The notes under the pieces are model-generated. The model was not told the origin of the DNA. It worked only from the letters and a program-made list of their open reading frames with translations, and made no database searches. A program made the position numbers and the translations under genes. From Podarcis filfolensis (Eukaryota), in the NCBI GenBank assembly GCA_964270895.1, contig OZ185447.1: a DNA stretch of 64,000 bases; one strand, 5' to 3'. Below are positions 33,719 through 47,100 of the stretch, piece after piece; position 1 is the first letter of the stretch, and each line of letters begins with the position of its first letter.

Positions 33719-33948
33719 TACAGTGGTACCTTGGGTTAAGTACTTAATTCGTTCCGGAGGTTCATACTCAACCTGAAACTGTTCTTAACCTGAAGCACCA
33801 CTTTAGCTAGTGGGGCCTCCTGCTGCCGCCACCCCGCCAGAGCACGATTTCTGTTCTCATCCTGAAGCAAAGTTCTTAACCTGAAACACTATTTCTGGGT
33901 TAGCGGAGTCTGTAACCTGAAGCGTATGTAACCCGAGGTATCACTGTA
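33719..33948. mobile_element. Tc1/mariner-type MITE
   Basis: Same TIR family with TA flanks. Confidence 0.88.
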
Positions 33949-34199
33949 CCTAATTTTCAGACCTGCTAAGGAAAGATGATTTCCTCATAGCCAGCTGCTT
34001 CTGTCTGGCTTTTGGTACCTGCTAGTCAGATACCTCTGGGAAGCCTACAAGGAGGCCTTGAAAACAAACAAATGCAAGCCCTTTGCTGTGGCTTCCTGCG
34101 CCCTGGTCTTCCCACGACTTGCTGCCTCTGAAGCAATTTAGGGCTAATTTATCCTCCACGAATTTGCTTTAGAATGTAAACGAGGGACGCTGCCCAGAT

Positions 34200-34730
34200 C
34201 TTGAGGAAGTTAACTTGTGCGTCGTTCCTTGTTTTGCAACATTATCACCCGGTCCCCTAAGAAAGGTATCGCGCGCCCTTTCCTGGTCCCGTTTCCTGCT
34301 TGGCGGGGTGTGTGCGTGTGTTTTTGTGTGTGTGTCCTGTATGGACACGGAACTCCGCCCCTTCCAGCCCTCGGCTCCTCCCCTCGTGGAACTGACTCAC
34401 TGCTGCTAATTTAATTCCTCTGCTCATTCCAAGGATTCCAGAGGAAAACTGTCACCTTTCCAAAATACCACGCAGGCCTGTTGCTCCTCTGCGCGCACCA
34501 CCACGCTGCTCTTCTTCCCATTTCCAATCCCAAGGAGTGGGCAGGAACCTCCTGGATGAGTCAAAATTAACCCTAGCGGTGAAGAGCCTTTAATACTCTT
34601 TTTTTTCACGCCCCCTTCCCCCCCTTAAAGCAAAGTTCAGGGAAAGTTTCTCCTTTACGTTCTCCCCCCCCCCCCCCCGCCTTCACTAGCGCGCACAAAA
34701 CCGGCCTCTTGGGTATCTTCTGAAAGTAAG
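34200..34730 (+). promoter_or_regulatory. Probable TEAD2 promoter / non-coding first exon
   Basis: CpG-containing, repeat-free stretch with a strong donor (tgaaa|gtaagt at 34726). MCAT CATTCCA at 34425-34431 and AP-1 TGAGTCA at 34557-34563. TSS not determinable from sequence. Confidence 0.5.
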
Positions 34731-37700
34731 TAATATTTCCTCCCCTCCTCCCAATCGTTCGTTCTGTTTAATTTCCTACTTGGGAGCAAGCCCTGACAGG
34801 GAAGATTTCGATTTAAACGTGCATCTGGTGGTGAGCTGTGATTTAGCTTTTGATTTTGGTTTGCAGGGAGGAAAAAACGTTGCTTGCAACTTTTCTTCTT
34901 TTGTGGGAAAAGTCTACCACTACGTACTTTAATTTTAATTTAAAGAAGTGGAAGACTGGAAGCGTGAGGGTTTCTGTATGCGTACATAAATATATTGTGG
35001 TTTTAATTTATTTTATGTATAGGTACTGATATATAGGTATTGAAATATATATATTTGTCACTGGATTGCTTGGGACTATGTTTCCAAAAGATCGTCATAA
35101 TATCCAGTAATTTGTGTGAGTTTCACGCTGTATTCTTTAATTTTGCACGTAAGTAGTAGGTTGGCGCCGTTAACCCTCTTAATATATATAAACGTTTTTG
35201 AATGTGAAATCTCGAAGCAGAGAGGTGGGAGGGAGTACCACACCTTTTTTAATGGCTTGATTGTGTGCCTGTGAGTTTCTCTTTGTCTGAGTAAAGGACA
35301 GGGGCTATAACTTTTTGTCTGAAAGCCAAGAGTTCATGAGGTTGCTTGCAGGGGGCAATTGTGTGATTCGGTGTCGTTTTGATAGCGAGTTTCAATGGAG
35401 GGCGGAGATGGGTTTGTTCCAAATTTTATTTTGTTAAGCTTGATTCTCCACTTGGAAGGGATGTAGTGTGTGTTTGTGTTTTAACTTTCCCCATCTCCTC
35501 TCTCCCTCACAATGTCAGCCATTAAGGGAGGGCAGTCTTTATCTTACCTGATCTATACATTCCCCACTGCCCCAAGGGGTCAACAAACACTTCCTGAAGT
35601 CCTCTGCCCATTTACTTCTAAGCCACACACAATGGGAATTACTTCTGAGTAAACATGGGGGGGGGAGTACCCTCCTTCAAAGATATCTGTGTGTGAGTGA
35701 TGATTCAGAGACTTCTGAGCAAGGAAAACCCTCTTTTTAAAAATCAAAATGTAGAAATTCTGATTTGTGGGCTGCCTGATTAGTGTTGTTAGGAAATACC
35801 TGAGCCCACACAGGCCAAAACAAGGCTCATTTTTGAAATGTTCTGTGAAAGGGAAAAGTTCAAACGTATGTCACGCCTACTGTGTTGTGGATGGCCAAGA
35901 TCTGAAATATAGAAGTGTCATCTGGCAATCCTGGTTCTAAGGCAATGGTGATCCAACTTCAGGCTTGAAGGATCTACTTCATTTTTTACTGCAACCCTGA
36001 GATCCCTCAACCAGAGCCAGATGCAAAATGGTGGTTCGGGAAGTGGAGCCAGTTCTCTTCTGCTGCCTGTGAGTGGGAGAACCAGCTTACAATAAGATTC
36101 CCTTGTCCAAAACTCTGGAGAGCTGTTGCTGGTCAGTGTGAACAGTACTGCACCATATGCACCAATGGTCAAAGCTGCTATAAGGCAGCTTCTGAATAAG
36201 AGTCCTCAGTGGATTATAACAATAAGCATTCAAGCTGTCCAGCAAAACTATACAGTACAAAGACTGGGGCAACCACAATGCACTCAGGTTAATGTATGAT
36301 CTACTGGCAGTTATACAAATAGCTAATGGTAGTAGAGTTGCAGGGGGTAATTTTAGACCTGGGACTTATTAGTCCTTGTAGATAGAAATGTGTGCTACTT
36401 TTGTCAACATGTCGGCAGCCCCTTCCACATTTGGGGGTTCTCTGCCCATTCATCTGAGCAGGAATACTGGCCTTCTCCCCCCAAAGTCTTGCCCTGGTGG
36501 CATTACTGAGAAGTAGAGCTGCCATCTGCCTGCCCTTTATTTTAGGTGCTTCAATTCCCTCTCAGCTCCCACCTCACTTTGTCAAAGGCCCTTCGCTAGA
36601 GTCAGGAAAAAGTTTTTGGATGAATAGCCGTGATCTCCCTGAGTTCCTCACATTCAAGCCCAAAGCATCTTTGAGTATTTTTAAAAACAGACTTTTGTGT
36701 TGCGTCCAACGCTAGCCCTTCGCGGTGTAGTAGTCCCAACCGAAACTAATGGAAATGATTAACTTTGGGCTCATTAATTTCAGCTGGGTTGATCCTGAAT
36801 AGAACTTGGTTAAAATTACAACCCTGTGTCTCCAAAGGTTGCCTTATTTCAGGCTGGTTTTCTCAGGAACAGGTAACACTGGGGGAGTTTTGTTAAGCCG
36901 TAAGGAAAATTTGCCAGTCTGCCTGTCTTGCGTGTATAGGTGGCGTTGTGATTGAATGTTCTGTGTTCCACATCTAGTGAGCAGGTGTGTTGGCGCTGAA
37001 ACTGTTGTATGCTTCATGTTGTGGCTTTTGCAACTGCAGCGCCTGCAAGCAAGGATGGGCCAGTAAATGTGTGTGTATGAGAGGGGTGGGGGTGGGCAGG
37101 TTGGATACAGCAGTTTCCATTTGCACAAGACCTTGATGTGACTTGTTCCAAAAACAAACATGACCTTTCACATGGGTGCATGCGTTTCTCAAATTACAGG
37201 ATGAGGTTGGGGCCCATTGCTGCTTTGTGGAGGGCAGCTTGCTTTTCTTAACTTCCATGCAACTTTTTTTTCTTTTCCTTTGTACACGAAAACTTGTGGA
37301 AAGCAAATCAAAACACTGCATTTGAGGCATTTTGGATTGTGTATTCGGAGCTACCTGCGACTGATCCTTTTGTCTGTGTCTGCTGCAAACTCTGCAGAAC
37401 TGTTAAGCTTTTTGAATGGGAAGTATAGATCCCACCTTTGTCTTTTGAAATTTTACTCCATTTTGCAGGCTCTACACAGGATCAAAATTATCTTAGCATT
37501 TCCTCAGTTCGTGGCATACAAAGGCATTGAATGAGACCTACCCTTCAGTTTGGCTTGCTCTCAAAATGGAGTCTTCATAAACTCCTCCTTTTAAAAAAAG
37601 AAAACTTCAGCCCCAACAACAATTGCTGGAGCTCTTTCTCTGTGCATCATATTCCTTTTGTTTATTTTAGCTTTATTCGGGTTTACCACTTGCATTAAGC

Positions 37701-37838
37701 GCCTTCCAAAATAACAGTCTGCAGGGTCTGTTGGAAAAATGGTTTTTATTAGAAAGGTACATAGATAGTAAAATGTGTAGCTCAATCGTATGCTTACTCC
37801 CAGATAAGATTTGAACCATGCCATCTAATCCTAAACCA

Positions 37839-38203
37839 GTAAAAGGTAAAGGACCCCTGGACAGTTAAGTCCAGTCAAAGGCGACTATGGGGTTGTTGCG
37901 CTCATCTCGCTTTCAGGCCAAGGGAACTGGCATTTGTCCACAGACAGCTTTCTGGGTCATGTGGCCATCACGACTAAACCGCTTCTGACGCAATGGGACA
38001 CTGTGACAAGTGCCAGAGCCACAGAAATGCAGTTTTCCTTCCCGCTGCAGCGGTACCTATTTATCTACTTGCACATGCTTGCTTTCAAACTGCTAGGTTG
38101 GGAGAAGCTGGGACATAGCAATGGGAGCTCACCCTGTCACAGGGATTCGAACTGGCAAGTCCAAGAGGCTTAGTGGTTTAGACCACAGCGCCACCCACGT
38201 CCC
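37839..38203 (-). mobile_element. Sauria SINE
   Basis: Reverse complement of the 31127 family; gtaaaaggtaaagg tail. Confidence 0.88.
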
Positions 38204-40944
38204 TAAACCAGTGTGGTGCAGTGGCTTCAGCTGTTTTGCAAGACAACTGTCATCAACTCCAGGTTGGGGAAGACTGAGTTGGACTAGGACCAGGGAGGCC
38301 CAGGTTCACATATCTATCCTGCCAGGAACCATGCTAGCTGACCTTGGGCCAACTACTACCTCTCAGCCTAACCTACCTCACAGGGTTGTTCAGAAGATAA
38401 AAAAAGAGTCTGGAAAGAACCATGTATGTTAGCTAGCTGAGTAGCTTGGAGGAAGAGTGGGATATGAAATATATAATTTACTCAGAAATAGCTAGAGTTC
38501 GTGGGATTTACTCCCATCTGATATAAATTGTAGCTGTAGTTTATCAGGCATAGGCTCCATTTTTTAATACCTTTAATTCCAGTAGTGCAGAGTCAAAAGA
38601 GCATAATTTTGCTGTGGAACGTGGTGGAAAGAAACAAAGGCTGCTGGAAAATGCTAAGAGAAAAAAAGTACTCGAATACTGAGCATAGATACTCTGTACA
38701 CTGATTTGTATAGTTACTTTTCACTTAAGAGCTACAGTTCCCCTTAAACTACAGTTCCTAGGAAGCTGTATGCTTAAAATGTGTTTTAAATGTATGTCTG
38801 CCTGCCGATACCTATGTTTAGCAATTTGTGGCCCCTTGACAGCCCAAAAGGGGAGAGAGAACCAACTCTTTCATAGTATACAAAAGCTCTTCTGTCTGCT
38901 TGAATGAAGGCAACTTTTTTTTTCCTTTTTGCCATAGACAAGTGGCTATTACAAGTGTCTCAGAGCTGTTTATAAACAGAGTTTATATATCAAGCACTTG
39001 GTTCTTTCTCAGTAAATAACACTTTCAAGCAGTTTTTCTTTCTTTCGGATTTGTGCAATGCAATATGGATACCCTCTCCTTTCCTTTGTTCCATACTTGT
39101 GTGGAGATATGCCAGAGCAAGTGGGGGTATCAACTAAATGTCAGCTCAAAATGTCTGCCTAATGTCTGAGGCGAGATGCTTCAGTATGGATTGTCCAGAT
39201 GACAATATTCTTCATTGTATACTCATATTGGTTTATGCGGAGATGGTACTTGTGCGCAACTGTTATAGGCGTCCTTTCTCCCTCTGTCTGAATTATCCGT
39301 TCAATGTTTGTCCTTCTTTCGAACCTTTGTTTTGTTGCCAAAGAACATCCAATTGCCTTTCTTTCCGATGATTCTACGGCTCAGCTTTCCCAAAACTAGG
39401 CTGCACTCTGAAAATCACTTAAGTAGTATAAGTGGTTTCGAGATTGCAGCAGTACAGGAAATCCAGTTGGGTGGGACAAGCCAACCCCCCCCCCCCCGGA
39501 AGAGAAGACTTGAAGGAAGCTGTTCCCTCTGGATTTGTTGTGGATGGGAAGTTTGTCAGGCAAGCCTAGTTCCCTCCCCATCTCACCCCGCCCCTTTGCC
39601 ACTTAAAAATCAGAGGAAAACCTCGGTACAAAAGCAAAAAAAAAAACCAAAATCAGTTGTTCTGACTTCCACAACGCATGTCCTTGGCCTGGTTCTGAGG
39701 AAGTTTGTGGTTGTGATTAATCTCACGCCAGGGAAGTGCCTTTCTTCGTAAAAAGTTTTATCCGTCTGGGAAGGTTGCAGCTGTTGGGAGCCTTCTGGCG
39801 GCAGCGGTGGTGCAGGGTTAGCAAAGGAAATAAAGGCCCACAATCCTAAAAGGCGGGGTGGGGGGAATCTGATCACAGATTAAAGAGCCAGCCCCCTTCC
39901 TGTCTTTTAAAGCAAGACGTAATCCATGCTGGAAGGCCTCTTTGTTTTGCTGCTGATTGTGCTCCCAGGGGTCACTTGTACTGGCGTAACCAGCAAAGAA
40001 CCGGGTTTCCACTTGACAGGGAACAGTGAGGGGCGGGGGGACAGGAGAGGCCTACACCTTTTCGTTCTTTCTTTCCCCGTTCAATCTGGTTTCTCTGGAG
40101 GAGACTTAATTGGCCTATGCTGGACTTTCCACTCAGACAACGACAACAACCCAGTTTTTGCTCTTTACATTTCAACCCTGCTTGCCTCTCCAATCCAGTA
40201 CAAATTTTTCACTCCCACCAACACCAGCGGTGGCCAAAGGCTTTCAGGGTCTACAGTAGACCTAAGGTCTACTGACTGGCCACGCCTCCCCAAAATGAAG
40301 CAAACCTTGCTATTAACAACTGTCAATTAGATCCCCCCCATGGAGAAACATGCTGCTTTCTTCAGCACCCTTAAGAGGTTTGCCACTTTGGCTCCATTTG
40401 TTTTATTTGTCAGTGGTGCTGCTTTTCCCCATGTTGCTCTGTGTCCGTATGACACCCCCCACCCCATATAGATATTGATGCCAAAGGCCAATCCACCCAC
40501 CTCAATACTATCACGTTGTTGGCATCTTGTCAGTCTCAAGGGACAATGGAGTGCGCCTGCAGGGGTAACCTCAAACTGCTGCATTAGCCGCACTGAAGTG
40601 ATATCCCCTCAGTGCATGCCTGAGCAGTGTGTATGGAGGTCCTGCGCTGCCTAGACAAGACCCCCCTTGCTTGGACTCGCCGATGTTGTCCAAAGGAAAG
40701 CAGAGCAATATTTTTGGTATTGGGTTGGCTGCAGGAGATGCTGGAAGGAGGCGTTCAAAGCGCCATCCAACCATCTTAGGGACTCAATTCCGGATTTGTG
40801 TAGGGTTTACACCTTAGCTGGTACTCAGCACCTTTCTCCCCAACCAGTGAAATGGTTTTTTAGCCTTCCTTTCCTCTACCATGAATAGAAACAATTCACA
40901 AAATACATTTAAAGCTCTATGATACCACTTGAAAAAGTTGTGAC

Positions 40945-41560
40945 TGTTGTAAACAAAATCTGCCCCTCTTCCCTTATGGGGTATCCAAGAGCCCGTATAG
41001 AGTCCTTATGTGGGTTCCCTATTGGTAGGAGAAAATAACAGAGGCCAACCAGAGAATATTGAGAAGCAAAGCAGCTAGTAAGCATGATCTTTATTAAAGC
41101 TGTTGCAACAGGGTGCTCCCCTCACACGCAGGAGGACGGAGGAGGACCAAGAACAAAGGTGTGTCTGCCCTTATATAGACATTTTAAATTCCCTGCCCTG
41201 GAGCTCAAGACCACCCCCCCAAACATCATACCTACATCACAGAAAAGGTGGTCTACAACAGAAATTTGAATGTTGTTTTTCCTGTCTGCCAGGTTATCTG
41301 ATAATGCCTTATCTGATTGCCTTTCCTGGTAGTCTGGCCGTTCCTTTGAGATGGTGATTTCCCAATTCCTGAGACAATGGGAAGGTTCCCTCACCCCCTC
41401 CCTCCTTGCAGAGAGAACATTTGGTTAGTTTGGGAGTCAAAATGGTTTCAGGATGGTCTTCCTGTGCTGCTCCAGTCATGTGGTCCACATATCTATGTTT
41501 GTGCTTGGTTGGCACATTTATGAACATTTATTATATATATACCTTAATTTTTTTATTACA
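40945..41560 (-). mobile_element. Solo LTR copy 2 in TEAD2 intron, antisense
   Basis: TG...CA ends, perfect 4-bp TSD TGAC (40941-40944 and 41561-41564). Confidence 0.87.
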
Positions 41561-42976
41561 TGACTTCCCCTAAAGAATTCTGGCAGCTGCAGCTTGTTGA
41601 GAGTGCGGAGAGGAGACCCCTATTCCCCTCCCAGAGCTATCATTCCCAGAGTGGTTTTAACAGTCAATCCCTCTTCCCAAAGAACTCTGGAAGATAGTAG
41701 CTCTGCAAGGGAAATAAGAGTCTCTAACAACTCTCTGCACCTCAACAAACTATAGTTCCCTAGTAGATCTGGTGGCTGAGCAGTGGTGAGGCCTAGGCAG
41801 ATCAGGCCTCTTAAGAAACTTCTATCTTAGATCTACTGCTCTGTTAGTTTTCAATAGGTAGGCCTGCTGTCTACCTACAGGTGAAACTGGCACCCAGATA
41901 ACATCTTTCCACTGCCCACAGAAACCCTGTCCTGTGCCTGGCCTCCCTTCACCTCCTCCAGACCTTAATTAATTGCACTGCTGCTATGATCAGCTTCACA
42001 GCCCTCTCCTCACTGCGTTTCACTAAAAACAGCAACTCCCCAAAAACCAGGTTAACAACATGGGATTGCACTTCAGGGTTGCCGTACATTACCTCTTTAC
42101 TTCCTCCAGGAAAATGGGCATAACAACAGTACTTGGCAGGGCAGGCGTACCCCACAATCTCGGCCATAGTCCTTTCCCCTGCAATATGGGTCTATTATGC
42201 TATACCATGTTCACAAATTGAGAAGAAAATCACTCCCCCCCCCATATGAAATAAGTCCTTAGGGCATGAGTGCCTGACTTACTGCTAATTTTTAATTGAC
42301 ATACTACTGCCTAATCACAGCTACACTAAATCCAACATACTTGAACTTTCTATTGGGCAGCAGTGAAGGAGCAGTCAAGGCGTCACAAACCAATAGTCAA
42401 TAATGATAATGGGAGTTTCACTCTAGCCTCTGACTCAATGGCTTGAACCGCTTTCCTAAATGTCTGTCATTTAGGTGGGATTTCACTCACAGGCTGCAAA
42501 CATTGAAAAGTAGGAGAAGGCTTGTTCCCCATGAAACAAATTGAGAATTGGGGGCTGCACATTTTTGCCTCAAATCTTGGGTTCTACAGAAGCTAGAAAA
42601 AGAAAAAAAGTTGGAAATCTGTGAGCATCTGCCGGTGTCGAAACCCTTCCTTGTCACAGCTAAAACTTGAGATGATGGTCCTTAGCCTTGCTGTCTCACT
42701 TAAATACTCTTTAAATACAGGGTAGTTGTATCAGCAGCCATTACTCATTGCTAAATTGAACCTCTGCTATTAGAGGTAATATACCTCTGTTTACGAGAGA
42801 CAGAGATCAAAGAGCGGGGGATTTTTGTTCCTTTGTGCTCTAGTTAAAAGTTTATCGGGGGCATCTGATAGCCACTGCTGCTGAGACAATGCTGGACAAC
42901 AAATATTATTTGCCTTGCTGCTTCCAATCAGTTCTCTGGTCAGCATAGGAATGGGCAACTTAACTCGCAATAGAAG

Positions 42977-43205
42977 TACAGTGGTACCTTGGGTTACACA
43001 CGCTTCAGGTTACACACGCTTCAGGTTACAGACTCCGCTAACCCAGAAATAGTACCTCGGGTTAAGAACTTTGCTTCAGGATGAGAACAGAAATTGTGCT
43101 CTGGCAGTGCGGCAGCAGCGGGAGGCCCCATTAGCTAAAGTGGTGCTTCAGGTTAAGAACGGACCTCCAGAACAAATTAAGTACTTAACCCAAGGTACCA
43201 CTGTA
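42977..43205. mobile_element. Tc1/mariner-type MITE
   Basis: TIR with TA flanks. Confidence 0.88.
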
Positions 43206-43955
43206 TATAGGGCATATCCCAGTGTCATTTTAGGACCTGGGAGACCAGGGATCAAATCCCTACTTGGACATGGAGCTCGCTGGATGATGTTGGACCAGTC
43301 ATTGCCTTTCTCAGACTAACCTACCACACTCACAGGGTTGCTGTGGGGATTAAATGAGGAGAGAGGAGAACCATGTACGCCATCTTGAGCTCCTTGGGAT
43401 ACGAAGGCAATAAATATGCAGAAGGTGCCAGGTTCAGTCCTCTGCATAGAATTGTAGCATTGGAAGAGTGACCATGAGGGTCGTCTAGTCCAACCCCCTG
43501 CAGTCTTTTGCCGAGCGTGGATCTTGAACCCACAATTTAGAGTCTCATGTTGTACCATCTGAGCTATCCCAGGTAGGCTGGGAATGTCCTCTGTCTGAAA
43601 TCCTAGAGAATATTATCGACCTAGTGTAAATAATTACGCTAAATGGACCAATAGCCTGACTTGGGAAGGTGGCTTCCAATGCCCTTCAGATATTATTGAG
43701 AACCCCCAGCTCCCATCATCCATAACCATTGGGCATGCTGGCTAGGACTGGGGGGAGTTAGGAGTCCAGGAGCCACAGGTTCCCCACCCTTGGTCTAGGA
43801 CTAACTGTATGACACCAAGCTTTCCACAGGTAAAAACAACCAAATGGGAAGGAAGGGAAAATGGAGGTGAGCTGTTGCCCATCTTCTGTCAGTTAGGAAA
43901 CTTTCCGCTCCTCCATCCCTCAGATCTGATTGCCGCCTGTTCTGCTTTCTTTCAG

Positions 43956-44165
43956 GTAACCCTCCTGACACCATAGAGCCTGGCAGCTGGGGCCAGGGGG
44001 CCAGCCCCTCTGGGGAGATGGGGGACGCTGGGGAGAAGGGTCTGGACAACGATGCAGAAGGGGTCTGGAGCCCTGATATTGAGCAGAGTTTCCAGGAGGC
44101 CCTGGCCATCTACCCACCCTGTGGGAGGCGGAAGATCATTCTTTCGGATGAGGGGAAGATGTATG
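43956..44165 (+). CDS. TEAD2: TEAD2 first coding exon (IEPGSW...[38 protein letters not shown])
   Basis: ttcag acceptor, gtaggt donor; invariant TEA N-terminal motif. Confidence 0.97.
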
Positions 44166-47100
44166 GTAGGTGGAACTTAACTTTGACCCATTAGACCGGC
44201 TGCTCTTGTCCTTGGTTCTCTTTGGGGATCGTCCTGCAAGCCATAATATATGATGAGAAGCAATGGGCTTAGAATACGTGAGGTAAAAAAAGAAGACGAC
44301 GCTTTTCTAGCTCCCTGAAGAAATGGAAGGAGTTGGGAAGGTGGCCACTGATGGTGCTGTGTTCCTGCGGTATACCGCTAGCAGTGCCTTTTCCCTTCCA
44401 GCTCTGAGAGGGGGAAAGAGGTGGTCCTCAGATGCAGCCTTCATGGTACTGTGCCATAGATGCTGTGCAGAAAGCTCTCTTTAGGGACAGAAAAGAAACA
44501 AAAGAGCCAGCAGGGCCAGGAAGAGAAATGAGGGAGCTAAATGCACCATTGTAAACAGAGGCCCTACAATGTGCCGCGCTAGACCTATAACGACAGAGAC
44601 TCACCTGGAGGCAGTTCTTACTCTCCATAGGCGAGTGGCTAATGACAGTTCAATTTTCAGTTATACAATTTGTACCATCCCTTTCTTTTAAGGAACTTCT
44701 GCATCAATATCCTGCATTTGGACAAGTCACTCTCTCTTAGCCTGACCCACCTCACAGGGTTGTTGTGAAGATAAAACCACAGAAAGCACCCTGGGGTCTT
44801 TAGAGGCAGTGTGGGGTGTACTTTTGGTGATGGGGGACAACCGTGTGCAAGGTCTGCTGGAGGAGGGGTCAGGTTTGCATCCGCCCACCTTTAAACGTCT
44901 GCAGTGGGCGTGACCTGACAGTCCAGATGATTCAGAAGTTAGCAGGGTTGTGTCTCTGAGCACGTGCAGAGTTGGGGAGACTGCAACCTCAGCATGCTTT
45001 GACCTGCCCCATGTGGCAAGTTATCACTGTTGTCAGCAGCATGGTCAAGAGAGGCGGGGGAATGCCACCTCTGTATATGGTGCTCAAGTTGGATGGGTTG
45101 TTTTCCTGATTTCTTGCCTCTTCTCTCTCAGGCCGCAATGAACTCATTGCCCGCTACATTAAACTGAGGACAGGCAAAACACGGACAAGGAAACAGGTAA
45201 ACGTGATGGGCTTGACATGAAGCCTAAGACTGCAGGAAATAAATCCGAGGTGTGTGGGGAGAATGAGGCCTGGTGAGATTTCCTCCTTTCTCTCCACAGA
45301 GTTTCCTGCTAAGTCTCTCCCCCAACTCCTTCCACAGGTCTCCAGTCACATCCAGGTTTTGGCCCGGCGGAAAACCCGTGAGATTCAGGCCAAGCTCAAG
45401 GTGAGTCCCTTCCCTGCATTCCCTGAAATGTTTATGACAAGCTTGCACCTCTGGATTCCCTACCCGTCCTGCTGAAGGAGTAGTAGTAAGGGGGGTACAT
45501 ATTTACCCCCCCAAAGTCCCATAATGCTTTGCTGGTACTTGGGACAAGCTCTAAGTTTGAGGGAAATTATTGGGAAAGTGCCATCAATCAACCCCCTCCC
45601 CTCCCCGTCTCTGAGGGAATTGTTTTTTATTATTATGTGTTCCGTTTATTACCCATCATTCACCATCAACATTAAAAACAGCTAAAACAAATCACAGTCA
45701 CTGGAATAGGGTGGTTCCTGAAAACACATCTCTCAGGTGTCAAAGGTGGCAACTACAGTGGTACCTCGGTTTTAAAACAGCTTAGTTCACGAACAACTTG
45801 GAATTCGAACGCCGCAAACCCAGAAGTAGGTGTTCCGGTTAGCGAACTTTTTTCAGAATCAGAACTGTTCCGTTTTGAGTGTTACACTTCCTTTTTCAGT
45901 GCCACACTTTCGTTTTGAGTGCCCCTGCTCCTGTTTGCACATGAATAGGAGTGGGATGGGGCAGCTCAGCTGGGGACTGGAAAGCCTCCGCTTCCCAGCT
46001 GAGAGATCCCCGCCCCACTCCTGCTTGCATGGGAGTAGGAGCTGGATTGGGGCTGCTCACATGGAGAGGTGCAGGCTCCATCACACTTTTCCATTGAGGG
46101 GTATATGGCTGTGTTCACCTCAATAGAGAAGTTTAAAGGAACATCATGTGCCAAGGCAGAGACAGCCCAACAGCTGCCTCAGCAGTGGTTTTGGGGCTCT
46201 CAGATGCAGCTGCCGGGCTGCCTCCACCTTTGCCACCCCAGCAACTATTCCGCCTGGCTGCCTTCAGGTGGTGCAGGGGCTCTGATGCTGAGGTGGAGCT
46301 CCTTTAAACTTCTTCCTTGGGGGGAGTGAGGCGTGAATCCCTCAATGGAAAGTGTGACAGAGCCTACACTTCCCCAGCTGAGCAGGCCCATCCAGCTCCT
46401 ACTCCCGTGCAACCAGGAGCAGGGGCAGGGATCTCTTTGGAATGCTTTGGTTTTAGAATGGACTTCCAGAACGGATTAAGTTTGAAAACCAAGGTACCAC
46501 TGTATAATGAAGGCTTCAGGCCTAGGGGCTGCTACAGGGGATGCCTTCTCTTGGGCTGCTACCACCCCATCCCAAACATCTGACAGCCCCCGCTGCCGAC
46601 CTCAACATCTGAGGAAAGAAAGCACACTTTGGGATATTTAGGATATTTAGCCATTTAGGGCTTTAATGTGAGTGCCTTGAGTTTCCCGGATAACAGAAGT
46701 GGGGCAAGCAGCTGTGGTGGCAAGTGAGAAGAGCTCTTCCCAGCTGCAGTGAGGTAGCCGCCATTTTAACTTCCCCAAAGCCCTGTCACCTCCAAAGTAG
46801 CATTGTGCTGCATCTGCAGGGGGCTGGTTTTCTTTAAGTTGCCTGCACTGGACCAAGCATGTTGTTTTTTTCAAGACTGTCGTCCCGTCCCACCTGTCCT
46901 GCTTGGAGCTGGGAGAGGAGCTCTGAGCAGCTGCAGCAAGCAAGGGGAGACATCCGTCTTAATCTTGGCCCTCCTACATCCCTGATGTTGGAGCATTGCA
47001 TTGGGCCCTGGGGAGGAATTAACAATGATGGCTCCCTAGCAGCTGCTCTGAGCGCCTCTCGACACGAAGCAGACAGAAAGGGGCCCAGTGCAGGCAGCTG

